From assembly GCF_006345805.1 (NCBI RefSeq), contig NC_043013.1, forward strand, positions 37,882,001 through 37,946,000: 64,000 bases of DNA. The letters run 5' to 3'. The position numbers were made by a program, and so were the translations under genes. This DNA comes from Octopus sinensis. Its lineage: Eukaryota. Shown in pieces: positions 1-13,534 of this stretch. Each line of letters starts with the position of its first letter. Within the stretch, counting starts at the first letter, position 1. The notes beneath the pieces were generated by a model. That model was not told where the DNA came from, ran no database searches, and saw nothing but the letters and a program-made list of their open reading frames with translations.

Positions 1-791
1 ACCAAGAAGCTTGAAACATAGATGTCTGAGATTCCTAATGGATGTCGACACTCAACGGACCGGGTATTTTTACACATTTTTACGATAAGAGAGATTTCTT
101 TCTCCGTGATAACTGCAGTGTAATTGCCTTTTAGCAGTTTTTTCAACTTAGCTAATTCTGCTCATACATATACATATATATGTATATATGTATATGCCTA
201 CATATTTATGTATGTATATGTGTGTGTATGTGTGTGCATACGCACACACATATATACATATGTATACACACACACAGACACAGACACACACGCACATACA
301 CACATATATGCATGTATGTGTATGCATAATGTCATGACTGATCTTTTCTTTTGGAACTGTCCAAAAGAATCGAAATTTTATTTTCTTCATTTCTACTGCG
401 AGTGTTACATCTTTTGCATGATTTGGAGAATATACCAACCTCATTATCCAAACAGTTATCAAGTGCACAGTTCCTCCAGGACTCGTTTCCCCTGTCTTGG
501 TTCGTCCAGTACAATGCAGGCCCACAACATATAACCATATAACCACGTTACAGCACAATTACTTTTCCTCAACAGGTTCGGTTTTATTCAAATTTATCAC
601 AAAACAAATTGAAGAAATATATCTCTCCACATCTTTAAACAGTTTATTCGGACGATACTTGCCAGATGCCACCATATAACAGTGAATTTACAGGGGAGTT
701 AAATCTCCCTCTAAGTTCAACTCGAAGCAACTGATAAGAGTTTAGCCAAGACAAAATTAGGAGTATCAGTCTTCAGTCTTTTCAGTAGTGT

Positions 792-990
792 CTGGCGACG
801 GAATCGTTAGCGTGCCGGGAAAATGCTTGGAGGGGTCTGTCTTTAGTTCCTGATTTCAAATGCCACCGGTTTCAACTTTACCTTTCATCCATTCGCGGTC
901 GATAAAATAACTTCTAGTCGTATAGTGGGGGGTCTAACCGACTTAGGCAGCCCCACTCGAAATTGTTTGCCTTGCTCCGAAATTTGAAAC
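792..990 (+). mobile_element. Decayed tRNA-derived SINE, family B
   Basis: gaatcgttagcgtgccggg...tttcatcc...ggtcgataaaataa matches the head and body of the better copies at 46370 and 48384. Confidence 0.65.
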
Positions 991-1001
991 TTGTCCAACG
1001 T

Positions 1002-1003
1002 GC

Positions 1004-1071
<68 letters not shown>

Positions 1072-1152
1072 TATTATATTATTATTATTATTATTATTAT
1101 TGTTGTTGTTGTTGTTGTTTTTTGTTATTGTTGTTGTTGTTGTTGTTGATGC

Positions 1153-1207
<55 letters not shown>

Positions 1208-1245
1208 GTTATTATTATTATTGTTATTATTATTATTATTATTGG
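1002..1245. repeat. (ATT)n/(GTT)n compound microsatellite
   Basis: Direct reading; explains the poly-I/L/N ORFs. Confidence 0.97.
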
Positions 1246-4192
1246 CAATCATCTCTAGAGAGAATATCCGAATGGTTTTTACCAATAAAAGAAATGGCTG
1301 CAAGGAAAATTCTCACGACTCGACTAATTACGTTTCTACGCGGCGAAGTAATTCTTCAGTGCTCGATCACTAAAAGAATGAATGCAGCAATGTTTCGTTG
1401 CTTTGCATGCATTTTGGATAGGTTCCTATATTGTTACTTCCGTGCTTGTAGAGTTTGAGTGCAGCTCATAATGTTCCAGTGTAACACCTCTGCTAGACCA
1501 GAGAATCTTGAAAGTTGTGCAACGCGTTTAGTGAATAGTTGATCGTCAGCGAAGCGTAGTTGTGACGTTTGAGTCGAGAATGCTGAGTACAGCCTGGACT
1601 AGACCAGCTAGTACTGAGGAGTAGAGACCGCTGTGAGTGCGGCTCCAAATGCGCAGAGAGAAGATAACAGTTCTGTAGTCCGTAGGTCAGAGTTTGGTGT
1701 GTGTCGATGAGTGATGAGCAATGAGCGATTTCGTGCCAATAATTCTAGTGACCTTTCTCTTGAAGTGGTCCAAGAGGACTATGCGTGTATGCGCGAGTGA
1801 GCGCGTGTGTGTATGTGTATGTGTGTGTACGTGCATGCGTGTGCAAAAAACAAGCCCATGTTGATGATGATGATGATGATGATGATGACGGTGAAGAAGA
1901 ACAACAACAACAGCAACAACAATATCAACAACGACAAACCAATTATATATAGTAGAAAAAAGGGTTAGTGTACACATATAATGAATATATTTATTTACCA
2001 TTGCATTAAATATAGAAAATATATTTGTTTTTGTTGTTATGCTTGCTGCTGCTACTACCGTTGTTGTTATTGTAGTTGTAGTTGTAATTGTTGTTGTTGT
2101 TATCATTATTTTTCTTTCTATATTTGTAATGAACATTAAAACAAAGCAGCCGTTGTCAACTCCCTAAAACTAATGAGCAGCTCATTCATCTTAACTCCCT
2201 AATTTCTGCTGACAGAGTAAGACTTTTACTTTTTGGAAATTAACTAATTCATCGGTTTTTGAACATATAGTTAGTAAAATGTAGAACATAAGAAAGAAAC
2301 ATAACAGACAATAAGATAATTAAACAACAATTTCTATAAACTTCATCTACACTTAATTCAATTATTTATTATATTGGAGTGTTTCGTTTGTGCTTTGTTT
2401 TACGTTGCATTTACTTCACATGATTTTTTTCTTTCGCCAATTTGGTAATTGTTCTCTTCTACCTAAAAGACATATCTAATTACTGCTATAACTAACATTG
2501 TTGATATTTGTTTCGTTTTGTTGTTGTTGTTCTTGTTGTTTCATTTCCTTAGCTTCTTTTCTTAGTTAATGCACTTATGTTGCTGTCCCTATTGTCGTTG
2601 TTGTTATATGTGTTGTTATTAATGTTTAAGCGAAATAGAATGAAGAATTATATATTTTCTTTAATGTTTAATTCTCTTTCGTTATACAAAATGAATTATT
2701 TGTGTTGGATGTTTTCAAGAATCCATATATTAAGACTTATTTAAATGAATCTTCACTTAAACTGATAAACTTCTAATGCACATGTGACAATTCTTATGTG
2801 TATGTCTCACATCACTTACGTCTGTCGAAATTCGTTATCAATAAATGGTGATTTGCAATCTATGGAATGTAGATTACACACGTAAGAAATGGCGATTACT
2901 ATTGGCTCACTTCTTTCTTTTTTTTTTTCGTATTTAGGCCGAGGTCACACGTGATGAAGAAGAAAATTGTTTCAAGTTATTCCAGCTATGACCATCCAGT
3001 CATGTTTGTCTTTGTGTTTTACCGTTTTTCTCTTTTACATGCAAGGTATAATTTATGAAAGATTCGCCTGTTCTTCCTAATAAATCAAACGACCAAGTAA
3101 AGTGTCCCTTGTTCACCTTTTACTGTTGTTCTTTAACTCTAATCTGTCAGATTATGCGTCCTAGTTATTCCTTAAGTTTTATTCCGACTTGCTGACTTCG
3201 AATATATTATACAAGTCATTTCGACATTTTAACCCAGTAATATTGCATTTTTTCTAGCAGATCCATCGTTCGCATAGCAACCGGGGTAATTGAGAGACCA
3301 TGATTGCTCAGTGTAATAGATGGAAATTTTCGGTTAAATTTTCATCGGAAGATGTGGAGTTGCAACCGTAGTTTAATTTTAGGTAGAAAGAGTTATAATT
3401 AACACACATGGTAGAAAGACGGCGCTTCAAAATATGTAGTCGAGAATTCAATATCCGGGATTCAAATTCCCATAAAATGTCTATTTGTTTTTCATCCGTT
3501 TATAGCAATAATAAAATTTGGTATCACGAAGCGGTTTGGCCATTGTGTGTTGGCAGCGTAACTAACAACATCGAATGCAATTCATTTAGTATTACAGTTG
3601 TTACACTGTAATCTCACGTCTGCCTTCATCTAGCAGATCGCTGATCAAGCATGCTTCATTTGTGATATCCAATTCGTTCGTTTATTCTATCAAACACAAA
3701 GCAACATTGAATGAAATTTTATACAACGTCTTTAATGCAGAAGGTTGAGATTTGTGGGAGATTTGGCTGATATTAATAGTAAGTCATGCATCCATAAATA
3801 AGTTCCTTTAACTCCAGATAAATGCTGATCGAGGGGATCATGATCAAAAAGAGATCTTGCTGTAACCACGGACTTTTTTTTTTAATGTTAAGCGAATTGT
3901 GTCTTTGGCTACGTTATCCATTGTAACTCCCTTTAAGAAAATAAGGTGAGATTTGATAGGATATTTGACTATTAATTCTAAAAAAATTGAGCAACCATTT
4001 ATAGTTCCCAAAATGACGCTGTTCGTTTAGCACGTTTAGTTTAGAGATTCCCTTCACTCTTCGTGTTGTATTCACCGCATTATTTCAACAGTGTACTACC
4101 GCCTAAAAACAGTATAATTAGCTACCAGCACGGTGCTGTTAGTTAACAAAATGTTACTGCTAACTCAAAATCATGCAGTTCTCTCAGCGTTA

Positions 4193-4224
<32 letters not shown>

Positions 4225-4272
4225 ACACACACACACACACATACACACACACACATATATATATAAATATAT

Positions 4273-4438
4273 ACGCCGGACTTCTTTCACATACCGTCTA
4301 CTAAATCCACTCAAAAGGTTTTGGTCTGCTCGAAACTACAGTAGAAAACATTTACCTCAGGCTTCACTTCAGTGGGACTGAACCCCGAACCATGTGGTTG
4401 GGAAGCAAGCTTCTTTCGACACAGTCTCGTCTGCGTCT
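4273..4438 (-). mobile_element. tRNA-derived SINE family A, 5' half
   Basis: Reverse complement of gaagcttgcttcccaaccacatggttcggggttcagtcccac, shared with full copies at 22823 and 42106. Confidence 0.8.
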
Positions 4439-5164
4439 GCTTATTTAAAAAAAAATTCTTTGGTTAATTCAGCGGAACTAAATGGTAAATTTAGCGGAGC
4501 TAAATGAACCATTCAGCAAAGATACCCAAAGATAAAATTATTCGGCTAAACGTAAGCAGAAGATAATGATACCCAGCTAAATGTACACGAGAGCTGGAAA
4601 AGTTCGTCCGACGGGTTTTATAGTTGTTATGGCTTACAAAATTTCATTCACGAGTATTTGGGCAAGTTGTGACAAAGAGAGAAAAATGTAAAACATTGCT
4701 GCGCTGTACAGTGGTGTTTAGATTTATATTTACGAAGCTGACTCATTATCCAGAACGTGTAATTCGCAGAAATTACAGTCATACCCTTTACGTTGTCTTA
4801 TTGGCAAAATTTGAGAAAATATGTGGCTCCCAACACAGTTTCATGAGTTGCAAGAAATAGTAGCGGTGTTTCCTTTATATTACACGCTGCACCTAATAAA
4901 ATGAAGGCACGATTGGTCGAAGGCACGTTTTACCAGTCTGACTTTGCACTAAACGACGTCAACAACTATGAAACAAAAAACAAGTTATTTTCATTTTCAC
5001 CAAGGAAAAAAGACATAAACATTGCGGGCCGTACCAGGCAACTGAGGACGAAAAATAATAATAATTCGTTGTAAAGGAGAGATCATGCAGAAAAATATCA
5101 CCCCCGTTCCCCCCGAACATATGCACATACATTTAATCAAATACATCAAAGAAACAGATCATTG

Positions 5165-5790
5165 AACAAAACTGTCTCCGGCCATTGAAATGGTTGCATG
5201 CCAGGATCAGGTGGCCGGTATCCGTGCTGTTCATTCTGCCAACAATGTGGCTCTCGGTCCGTCTTTCACTCTACTAGCAACATCCTAGATCCAGAAATTC
5301 AGGCAATCGAAATCAAGAGTGCTGATAGATTACATGACGCCAGGTCAAATGATCATACAATTTCTACTTTTCCTAGGCATGAACAGCTCCTTTCTCATTT
5401 GTTATTGCGTACAATGTTTGCCCGATTTCTTTGTAAAATTTGTATCTGAGATCGGGCTTCATCACATTGAGTTGCTAGGCGATGTCCTTCAGTTTCCCGT
5501 TGGGGTTGTTGGTGATAATATCCAAGAGCTGCTGAAATAACTCAACCGTTCCGATGACGTCCAGCCGCCGAGAATATTTCTTTATATTGATTATGCTTGG
5601 CGCATTCCTTTTAGGGGCCATAAGCATTTTTCCAACCCTAAAACCTAAGGATAAAATTACTTTCGACAATCTGGCGATCTCCAAATCGCAGTGGTTGACA
5701 GCAACATCCATTAGCACGGATATCTTCTTTTTTTGTACCATATTTAAATTTGCCACAGTGTTTTTTTTAGCACAATTGTCATCAAAAGCA
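5165..5790 (-). mobile_element. Degraded, internally deleted Tc1/mariner transposase of maT (DD37D) type
   Basis: Reading through stops gives EIARLSKVILSLGFRV (first HTH-like), LLDIITNNPNGKLKDIA*QLNV (second HTH-like), KPDLRYKFYK-GQ (resembles maT EDLRYKSYK..GQ) and a C-terminal GHLILACNHF. Family assigned from recalled motifs; no TIRs found. Confidence 0.6.
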
Positions 5791-5938
5791 CTGCAGCTGT
5801 GACTGTCATTTTAGGATACGTAAGGACATACTACTCGCTGTACACGTTGCTTATATAAGAACGGCGATGTGAAGAGTGAATGGGATTTGGATGCCATTTC
5901 TAGCAAGTAGATCGATTTTGCAGAGGTTCCTCCACTGT

Positions 5939-6095
5939 TACGAGAAGGTACTGAAAGGTTCCTGACTTTAAGGGTATCGCGAAAAGCCTAGTTGGAGGCC
6001 CAATCTTCCGAGTTCTTTTACAGAGCTTAGAAAAACTGAAGGACTGTTGCAATAAGTGTGCGAATCTGAGAGGGGATTATGTTGAATAAAATCAT
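5939..6095 (+). mobile_element. Fragment of a non-autonomous mariner element (one TIR plus transposase C-terminus)
   Basis: TA + cgagaaggtactgaaaggttcctgac TIR-like start, then LQSLEKLKDCCNKCANLRGDYVE*, a typical mariner C-terminus. Confidence 0.7.
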
Positions 6096-6742
6096 GATTA
6101 ACTACTTTGTTGCGAAGCGAAATTCTTATTCTCGCGAAAATAATTTTGACTTTTTAACCGTTGTCAATAACAAAATGTATTCAGAAGTCAAACAGACTCG
6201 GAATATTTCGAATCTTCATACCAAATGCACATCTACCAGGTCGGCTGACGTGACTTGTCTTTATCTAAGACACAAAATTAGTTAAGAACAGCACAACACG
6301 TCTTGGATATATTAGTTTTCGACATTTTCTTACTTGAAGAACCCTAGGTGTGTGCGATACAATTCTAATTCTCTGTATATATCACTCTTTTCTCTTTATG
6401 ATCTCTTTATCTATCTCTCTGTCTCTTTCTGTCATTGTCGCTCTCTCTCTCACTCTCTCTGTCTCTCTCTGCTTCTCTCTCTCGTTTGCTCACTCTAGTT
6501 ATCTATTTTTTGCATTAATGATAAATCTCGATAGAAGAAAAGGTGAAATATTAACTGTTGTAGTCTATATAAATAAGCCTTAAGCAATGCCATTTTAATT
6601 AAATTTGGCAACCCTATTAATACGTTGCAAAGCAAAAACAAAAACAAATAACCGCCATCCGAAATACTGATTATTCACGGTATCCACTATCACTCTTCGT
6701 TTCAGATGCAATATATATATATGTATGTATATATATACTAAC

Positions 6743-6787
<45 letters not shown>

Positions 6788-7548
6788 AACGATACGCACA
6801 CATATGTATTTGTACATATATATATCACACACTCGTATATATTATATATACGTATATATATTTATATATGTGTGTGTGTGTAGTATATATATGTGAGTGT
6901 GTGTGTGTGTGCATACAAACATACACACAAATGTATTGTATATAAATATATATATGTATATATGTATATATAAAAACACACATTATATAACCATATATGT
7001 GTGTGTACATACATAAGGATATATATACGGACATACACATGTATATATGCATAAATGTATATATGCATATATGTATATATATATATACACATATATATAT
7101 ACATATATCCACACATACACACACATGCACGCACATGCACACTCACACTCAACAGTATTTATCTTTAATGTTGTCAGTCAGTCAGGTATATTCAGTGGGC
7201 GGTTTTTGACCTCCATGTTGCCTGTTAAGTGGCCCTAGCTAAAATTATCAAGAGAATATTTAACATCTATTTAGTTAATATCGAGTTAACGCATTAAATG
7301 TGATTTGATCCTGATATAAATCGGTGGCAAATGTACTTCTTTCAAGTCTGAAGTGAAGCAGAATAACATTGTGTGTTGCGAAAGGAACGGTGATTCTAAA
7401 CTAATAAAAGAGTCGCCAAACATAGGAATTGTTGAGCCTGATGACTGATGCGTAATTGGAAACGGAGCTAATACCGCGTCTTTATTGATCTTTGAGTGTG
7501 GGTTTGAATGTAAAGGAGATGATAAGAATGTGTGCGCGTGTATTTGTG

Positions 7549-7586
<38 letters not shown>

Positions 7587-8702
7587 CAGGATAGAGATAG
7601 AGATAGAGAGAAAGAGACTGAAGGAAAGAAGGTGTGAGCAAAGAGGCTGTGCGTGTGTGTCTGTATCTATGTGTGCGTGACTGAATGCAAGTGCATGAGT
7701 GTGTGACTGTGTGTGTGTGTGTGTGTGGTGTGTGTGTGTGCGTGTGATTTTGTGTGCATGAGTATGAATGTGTAAGCATTGACTTCGCTTTTTGTGTCAG
7801 AGTATATGATCTTAGTGCGTCAATTGGTTTATGTGTTTAAGTATCAGCATGCTTCTGTGTGTGTATATATATGTACATGCATGTGTGCGTCTGTGTGTGT
7901 GTATTGTTTATATGTATATTGTGTGCGAATGCAATGTGGAAGGTGTATAGTGTCTGGGTTTGTGTAGGGGTCGGTATAGGTGTATAAATGTATTAATAAT
8001 GATGAAACGGCGAGTGATATTTAATATCGAATCCTATATAGTAATATGGCAATATAATAAAATCAATTAAAGTATTCCTTTGGTTGCATAACGGTACCTT
8101 ACGTTTACCGCTTTTATGGTCATCTTGCTGTTTAAATGGCAAATCAACGATAAAGATAGACACCTCTTTTTGTGATAGCATGCTGTGAGATATTGCGTAA
8201 ATAGTAGCTCTGTCAAACTAATGTCGTAGTTTATGAAAGTAAAAGTAAAAAGAAAAAAAAATAGAAAGAAAAAAACCATAACACAACACAACACCCTGAC
8301 GTGTAGCAAAATTACTAAAACGTACGACGTGACTCTAATTGAGAAATACAAACTAGATATCTGTAATTTATCATTGGCTTTTGTTATGTGAACTCGGATG
8401 AGAATTTCATCAATATCATGATAGATCTAATGTCCACTAAATGAAAATTCCCCCATGGTAATAATTGCTGCGGTGATGCCATGATTGTGATCGTATTGTT
8501 ATTGCGTTATAGCGTTAACTATTGCCCAAAATGGCCGCAGTCCAATGATTAATATATATTAAAGAACAGAAATTATAGAATATAACTAGCATCACACTTT
8601 TTCTATTGCTCTTTCGATATGTGCGTGCGTGTGTATGCGTGTGTGATTGTATATGTGCATGTGCGTATACCTAGACACATATAGACAAGCCTATGTATAT
8701 CC

Positions 8703-8754
<52 letters not shown>

Positions 8755-8798
8755 GCTCACACACATCAATACTATATTTGGCAAGATATATATATATA

Positions 8799-8830
<32 letters not shown>

Positions 8831-8895
8831 CATGTATCTATGTGTCTATGAAATTCAATGTATATATGTATTTGGATGTACATCCGAGTTCATAT

Positions 8896-8948
<53 letters not shown>

Positions 8949-8950
8949 AA

Positions 8951-8997
<47 letters not shown>

Positions 8998-9689
8998 CAT
9001 ATATATGGATATATATATATCAGTACACACACACACATGTATGTGTTTGTGCGTGCGTTTATGTATGTGTGTATGTGTGTGTCAGTACTTGGATGTTCTA
9101 AAGACAGGTATCCACCTATATGCATATGCTGGAAGTGTGTGTACAGGATTCCACGAAGTGAATTCGCCAAACAGTCTACTCATATCTACCCCTTGTTCAG
9201 TTCCAGTTTCCAGTGAGTTAAATCAACGGAGTCATCAAATCTCTGACAGTAGGTTCACGAAAGAAGCAATATGAGAATTGAATAGTTATTGCTGTTTAAA
9301 TTTCTTCTGCCTGTTTAGGACTTACTGAGCCCCCAGCTAAGCAAATCTGATCAAAGTTAATCCACACACGAAGATTTTGTTGCTTATCTACGCAGTGTGT
9401 ACATAGGATTATATTATTAGGAATGAGTATTTTTCTTAGACAGTACGACATGATTCGAGCGATGTTTAGGAGAATCTGCTGATTGAATCTTAAGCGACTT
9501 TACCGTTTCGGTAATGCTCAATTATGTTTTACTTATCTTAATTTTATATTCAAATGGTCTGAACCATTCAGTATTCAAGACTTCACTCCCTTAAACTCGA
9601 TATCATAACTCTTGAATCTTAAGTGTCGGTCACCTGGTGAAGAAGACGGAAACGGTCACACATCCAATAAAGAGTTAAGTTACTATTCT

Positions 9690-9897
9690 TTTATTTTTCT
9701 TATTTCAGTCGTTTGACTGCGGCCATGCTGAAGCACCACCTCGAAGAGTTTTTAGTCGAACAAATCGACCCCAGGATTTATATTTTACGCCTATTCCATC
9801 TATCTCGGTTTTCTGAATCGATAAGTTACGAAGACGTAAACACACCAACACCGGTTGTCAATCGGTGATGGGGGACAAACACAGACACAAAGACACT

Positions 9898-9929
<32 letters not shown>

Positions 9930-9944
9930 CACACACACACACAC

Positions 9945-9984
<40 letters not shown>

Positions 9985-10149
9985 GACGAATTTCTTTCAG
10001 TTTCTGTTTACCAAATCCACTCACAAGGCTTTGGTCGGCCCGAGGTTATAGTAAAAAACACTTGTCCAAAATACCACGCAGTGGGACTGCATCCAGAACC
10101 ATGTGCTTGGGAAGCGAACCTCTTACCACACAACTGAGCCTGCTCCTAT
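9690..10149 (-). mobile_element. tRNA-derived SINE family A, near full length, with internal (CA)n/(TA)n
   Basis: Colinear with the + strand copies at 16713, 22823, 42106 and 44594. Confidence 0.88.
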
Positions 10150-11200
10150 ATTAAAGAAGAAATACAAAAGCGATAACGATTGTGCCCGACGAAGAAATAA
10201 ACACGTGTTCCGTAACCCACACAGCAAATGTATTAACCAATCGTTTCCATACATATACTCATCACTTTGGAATTGAAAGTCAATATTTTAGCAGATAGAA
10301 GTCGAACATGAACATCAACAGTACTGAACTCATTTATCAGAGTGAGCTTACTCCACCCGCTATAAAATATATACCAAATATAGAAGAGACCTTTGCTTTA
10401 ATCGATTCTGATACTTCCTTACACATTTGAAGCTGTATTATGTTATGAAGACAAAATGATATTTAGTTCTAAAACTAGCACGTAAGACCGGGACATTTTA
10501 AGAAAGAATTTTGTTGATCCTTCAAGACTGATTAACTGACATCTACTTTATTTAGTTTCGAACGATGAAATTCGAACCCATGTTGGAATTTGAATTCGAA
10601 ACACTATGAAAATCAATACATTTTTCAGTAGGTATTGGCTATTAAAATACTAATATTGTCATCAAACGTCCAAAGAGTTCAATATTAGAAATCGTTTTTC
10701 CCTTCGGCTCTGTAGTCTATAGATAAAAAAAACCTGCATGCTTCGGAAAAATACTCGCCATACACAAATAGCATCTTGAATTTCGTTATATCTCATTCAC
10801 AGTCGATTCACTACTGGATCCACTTCGTCTCACACCTTGAATATTTGCTCATTCATGTGTGTCCACTGCTTAACCACCTTCACTTAGAATGCGTTTTTTT
10901 TTCTCTTTTTTCTTATCATTGGGCTGTAAAGGAAAAATATATGAGATTTACACAAGGTAGGATTAGATCAAATAAACAGGTCTTATCGATAGATCTAGCA
11001 TTATCAGAAATCTTGCTATAATTAACATACACAAAATATACAAACAACTATGCATAGTTGTATACATATATATATATACATACATATATGTGTGTGTATG
11101 TCTATATATATATACTATATATATATATGCATATGTGTGTGTGCGTGTGTATGTGTATGTGTGCACAGAGATGAAAACATTAGACAGATATCGATATATA

Positions 11201-11765
11201 TTGGGTTGTCCGGAAAGTTTGTGCCGATTTTTAAAAGAAAGAAAAAGGTCAAGAAATACTTGCCATTACATTTTTAATCAACCAAATGGGAACCATTTTG
11301 TTGCACAATGCGTCTCCATCTTTCCTTTAACTTGAAAATACCCACTTCCCAGAATTGAGGGGGTTTCATGGCAAAGAATTCATCAAGGTATCTTTTTACG
11401 TCATCCAAGGAATTGAAATATTTACCATTAAGACTATTCTGCACAGACCTGAATAAGTGGAAATCCGAAGGAGCAATATCTGGGGAATATGAAGGGTGGG
11501 GTAACACATCCCAGCCGAGCTGCAGCAATTTTTGTCTGGTCCTAAAGCATCAAGTGCCGAATATGAACTTTCATATCTTTCATTTTAAAGGGTTATAGAA
11601 TTAACACAGGTTATAGGTACATAAACATTCTTCCACGAAAAGATAGCTTAAATTGTTCTCTAAATGCAGGTGTAGACAAATCCTATTTTATGGACCCAAC
11701 CATGTTCAAAAATAAGTCGAAATTTAAGCTACTATAAATCGACACGAACTTTCCGGACAACCCAA
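11201..11765 (-). mobile_element. Internally deleted mariner transposon with both TIRs and TA target duplications
   Basis: 30-bp TIRs ttgggttgtccggaaagtttgtgccgattt / aaatcgacacgaactttccggacaacccaa (2 mismatches), TA on both sides; transposase C-terminus inside. Confidence 0.93.
11274..11528 (-). pseudogene. Mariner transposase C-terminal fragment
   Basis: WDVLPHPSYSPDIAPSDFHLFRS...GIFKLKERWRRIVQQNG contains the diagnostic YSPDxAPxD motif. Confidence 0.93.
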
Positions 11766-12821
11766 TACATACACAAAAGAATAGACATACTTAAGAACAT
11801 ACATATGCATATTTATATATATACACTCACACACTTACATACAGAGCATTAGACATGTAGATAGACATGAATGTACGATCAAAAACAATTGTATGTGCGA
11901 AGAATGCATATATATATACATATATACATATGTGGACAATTACATAATTTGTTGATAGTGAATCAAGTATACGAATAATCCATATTTTTATTACTTTTAC
12001 TTTTGTCTTGCTCGACTACGTTTTGGTTTGTTTTGCTAAATTTTTCTTGAGGACATTTCTTAGTGGTGAGACCGTAGCGGATCTATTTCTAGCATATAGG
12101 TGTCCACATAGTGGTTTCCCTCTAATATATATATATATATATATACACATACGTTTATATATATATTTATATACATGCATCTCCTTCATCTTATATATAT
12201 AAATACGTGCACAATAACACTCCTCGCACATAAATATACACATCCATACAAACACGTATACATACCTGGATGAATAGATATTTCGCTACATACATACATA
12301 CATAGCATACAAGCTCACATGCATAAATAAATAAATGCATACATACATACATACAAACATACATACATACACACATACATACAAACATACAAATATACAT
12401 ACATACACACATACATACATACATACACACACAATGCGTAATATCTCTGAATCTAAGAAACCATATGTCGCGATAAGCATTCCCTTATGACACTATGTAC
12501 TAATTGTCGTATCCGACCACCTGTCTCTAAATATATATCTCTCTATATGCATATTAGCCAATAAATTTCGCTCTTCCTACAGGCATTCTTAGTTTGCTGC
12601 TTTCATTGATATTTGCATTAACTGTTACCTGTCCCAGTAACCTTGTTTACATAGATTTTAAATCTAATACAATCCAAATGCAAAATTGCTATTTTTCAAA
12701 TATATTACTAACCTCTAACTGAATAGAAACAACCTCCCACGGACACACACATTAATACATATATATATATATTCAGATACACACAATTATATATGTATAT
12801 TTACACACACACATTATATAT

Positions 12822-12864
<43 letters not shown>

Positions 12865-13144
12865 ATATATATGCGTGTATGTATGTATAATCTATATGTA
12901 TATTACATATATATGTATGCCTGTGTATATGTATATAATATCACTATAGATATTCATACACATACTTACGCGTGTATTTATACATAGGTGGTAGAAGTAC
13001 AAAAACGTCACCTAGTGAAATCTAAGTCGGTCTTAGCGAGATATTTATATCTTAATACTTTTTTTCAAAGCGAATTAAACTAACGGTTGAATTTCATAGT
13101 TATAATACAACCACACACGCAGACAGTTATATATATTATATATA

Positions 13145-13193
<49 letters not shown>

Positions 13194-13197
13194 ATAT

Positions 13198-13394
13198 CTG
13201 TCCGCCTTCGCCACGATAGATCGCTAGCCTCTACACGTTCTTTATTTTCTCTCCTTGTTTCTTTCTGTGTTCATTTCTGCGGAAGAGCGTAGGTTCGAAA
13301 CGTTAAAACCTTTTCACTTCCCGAGTGTTACTAAACATCTGTTTATTGTCTACACATCTGTCTTCGTCTTTTGTTTTGTTTTTTTGTGAATTCC

Positions 13395-13395
<1 letters not shown>
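13198..13395 (+). mobile_element. Penelope-like terminal-repeat relic with hammerhead-like motif (family also at 38340-38450 and 48070-48270)
   Basis: gaagagcgtaggttcgaaacgttaaaa...cttcccgagtgtt...catctgtcttcgtcttttgtt is shared by three copies; PLE origin is inferred from the motif. Confidence 0.55.
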
Positions 13396-13427
<32 letters not shown>

Positions 13428-13433
13428 TTCTCT

Positions 13434-13533
13434 NNNNNNNNNNNNNNNNNNNNNNNNNNNNNNNNNNNNNNNNNNNNNNNNNNNNNNNNNNNNNNNNNNN
13501 NNNNNNNNNNNNNNNNNNNNNNNNNNNNNNNNN
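13434..13533. other. Assembly gap (100 N)
   Basis: Direct reading. Confidence 1.
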
Positions 13534-13534
13534 C

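Noticed and set aside
13-30. GAA-ACATAGATGT-C, a possible hammerhead 3' half at the window edge
   Set aside because: The 5' core would lie outside the window, so it cannot be evaluated
330-680. Non-repetitive stretch with overlapping open frames (possible exon or piggyBac-like relic)
   Set aside because: No motif recognised with confidence and no clear splice signals
1325-1365. CTGAAGA...GAAACGTA on the minus strand
   Set aside because: Stem I cannot pair and stem II needs a 2-nt insertion; likely chance
2821-2860. Possible 40-nt minus-strand exon (DCKSPFIDNEFRQT) with AC/gtaagt donor
   Set aside because: Too short to distinguish from chance; no linked exons
9620-9670. CTGGTGA...GAAACGGTC followed by AATAAA
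   Set aside because: Core altered and stem II does not pair
10560-10610. ACGATGA + 8-bp stem + CGAAAC
   Set aside because: Core, stem I and stem III are all defective
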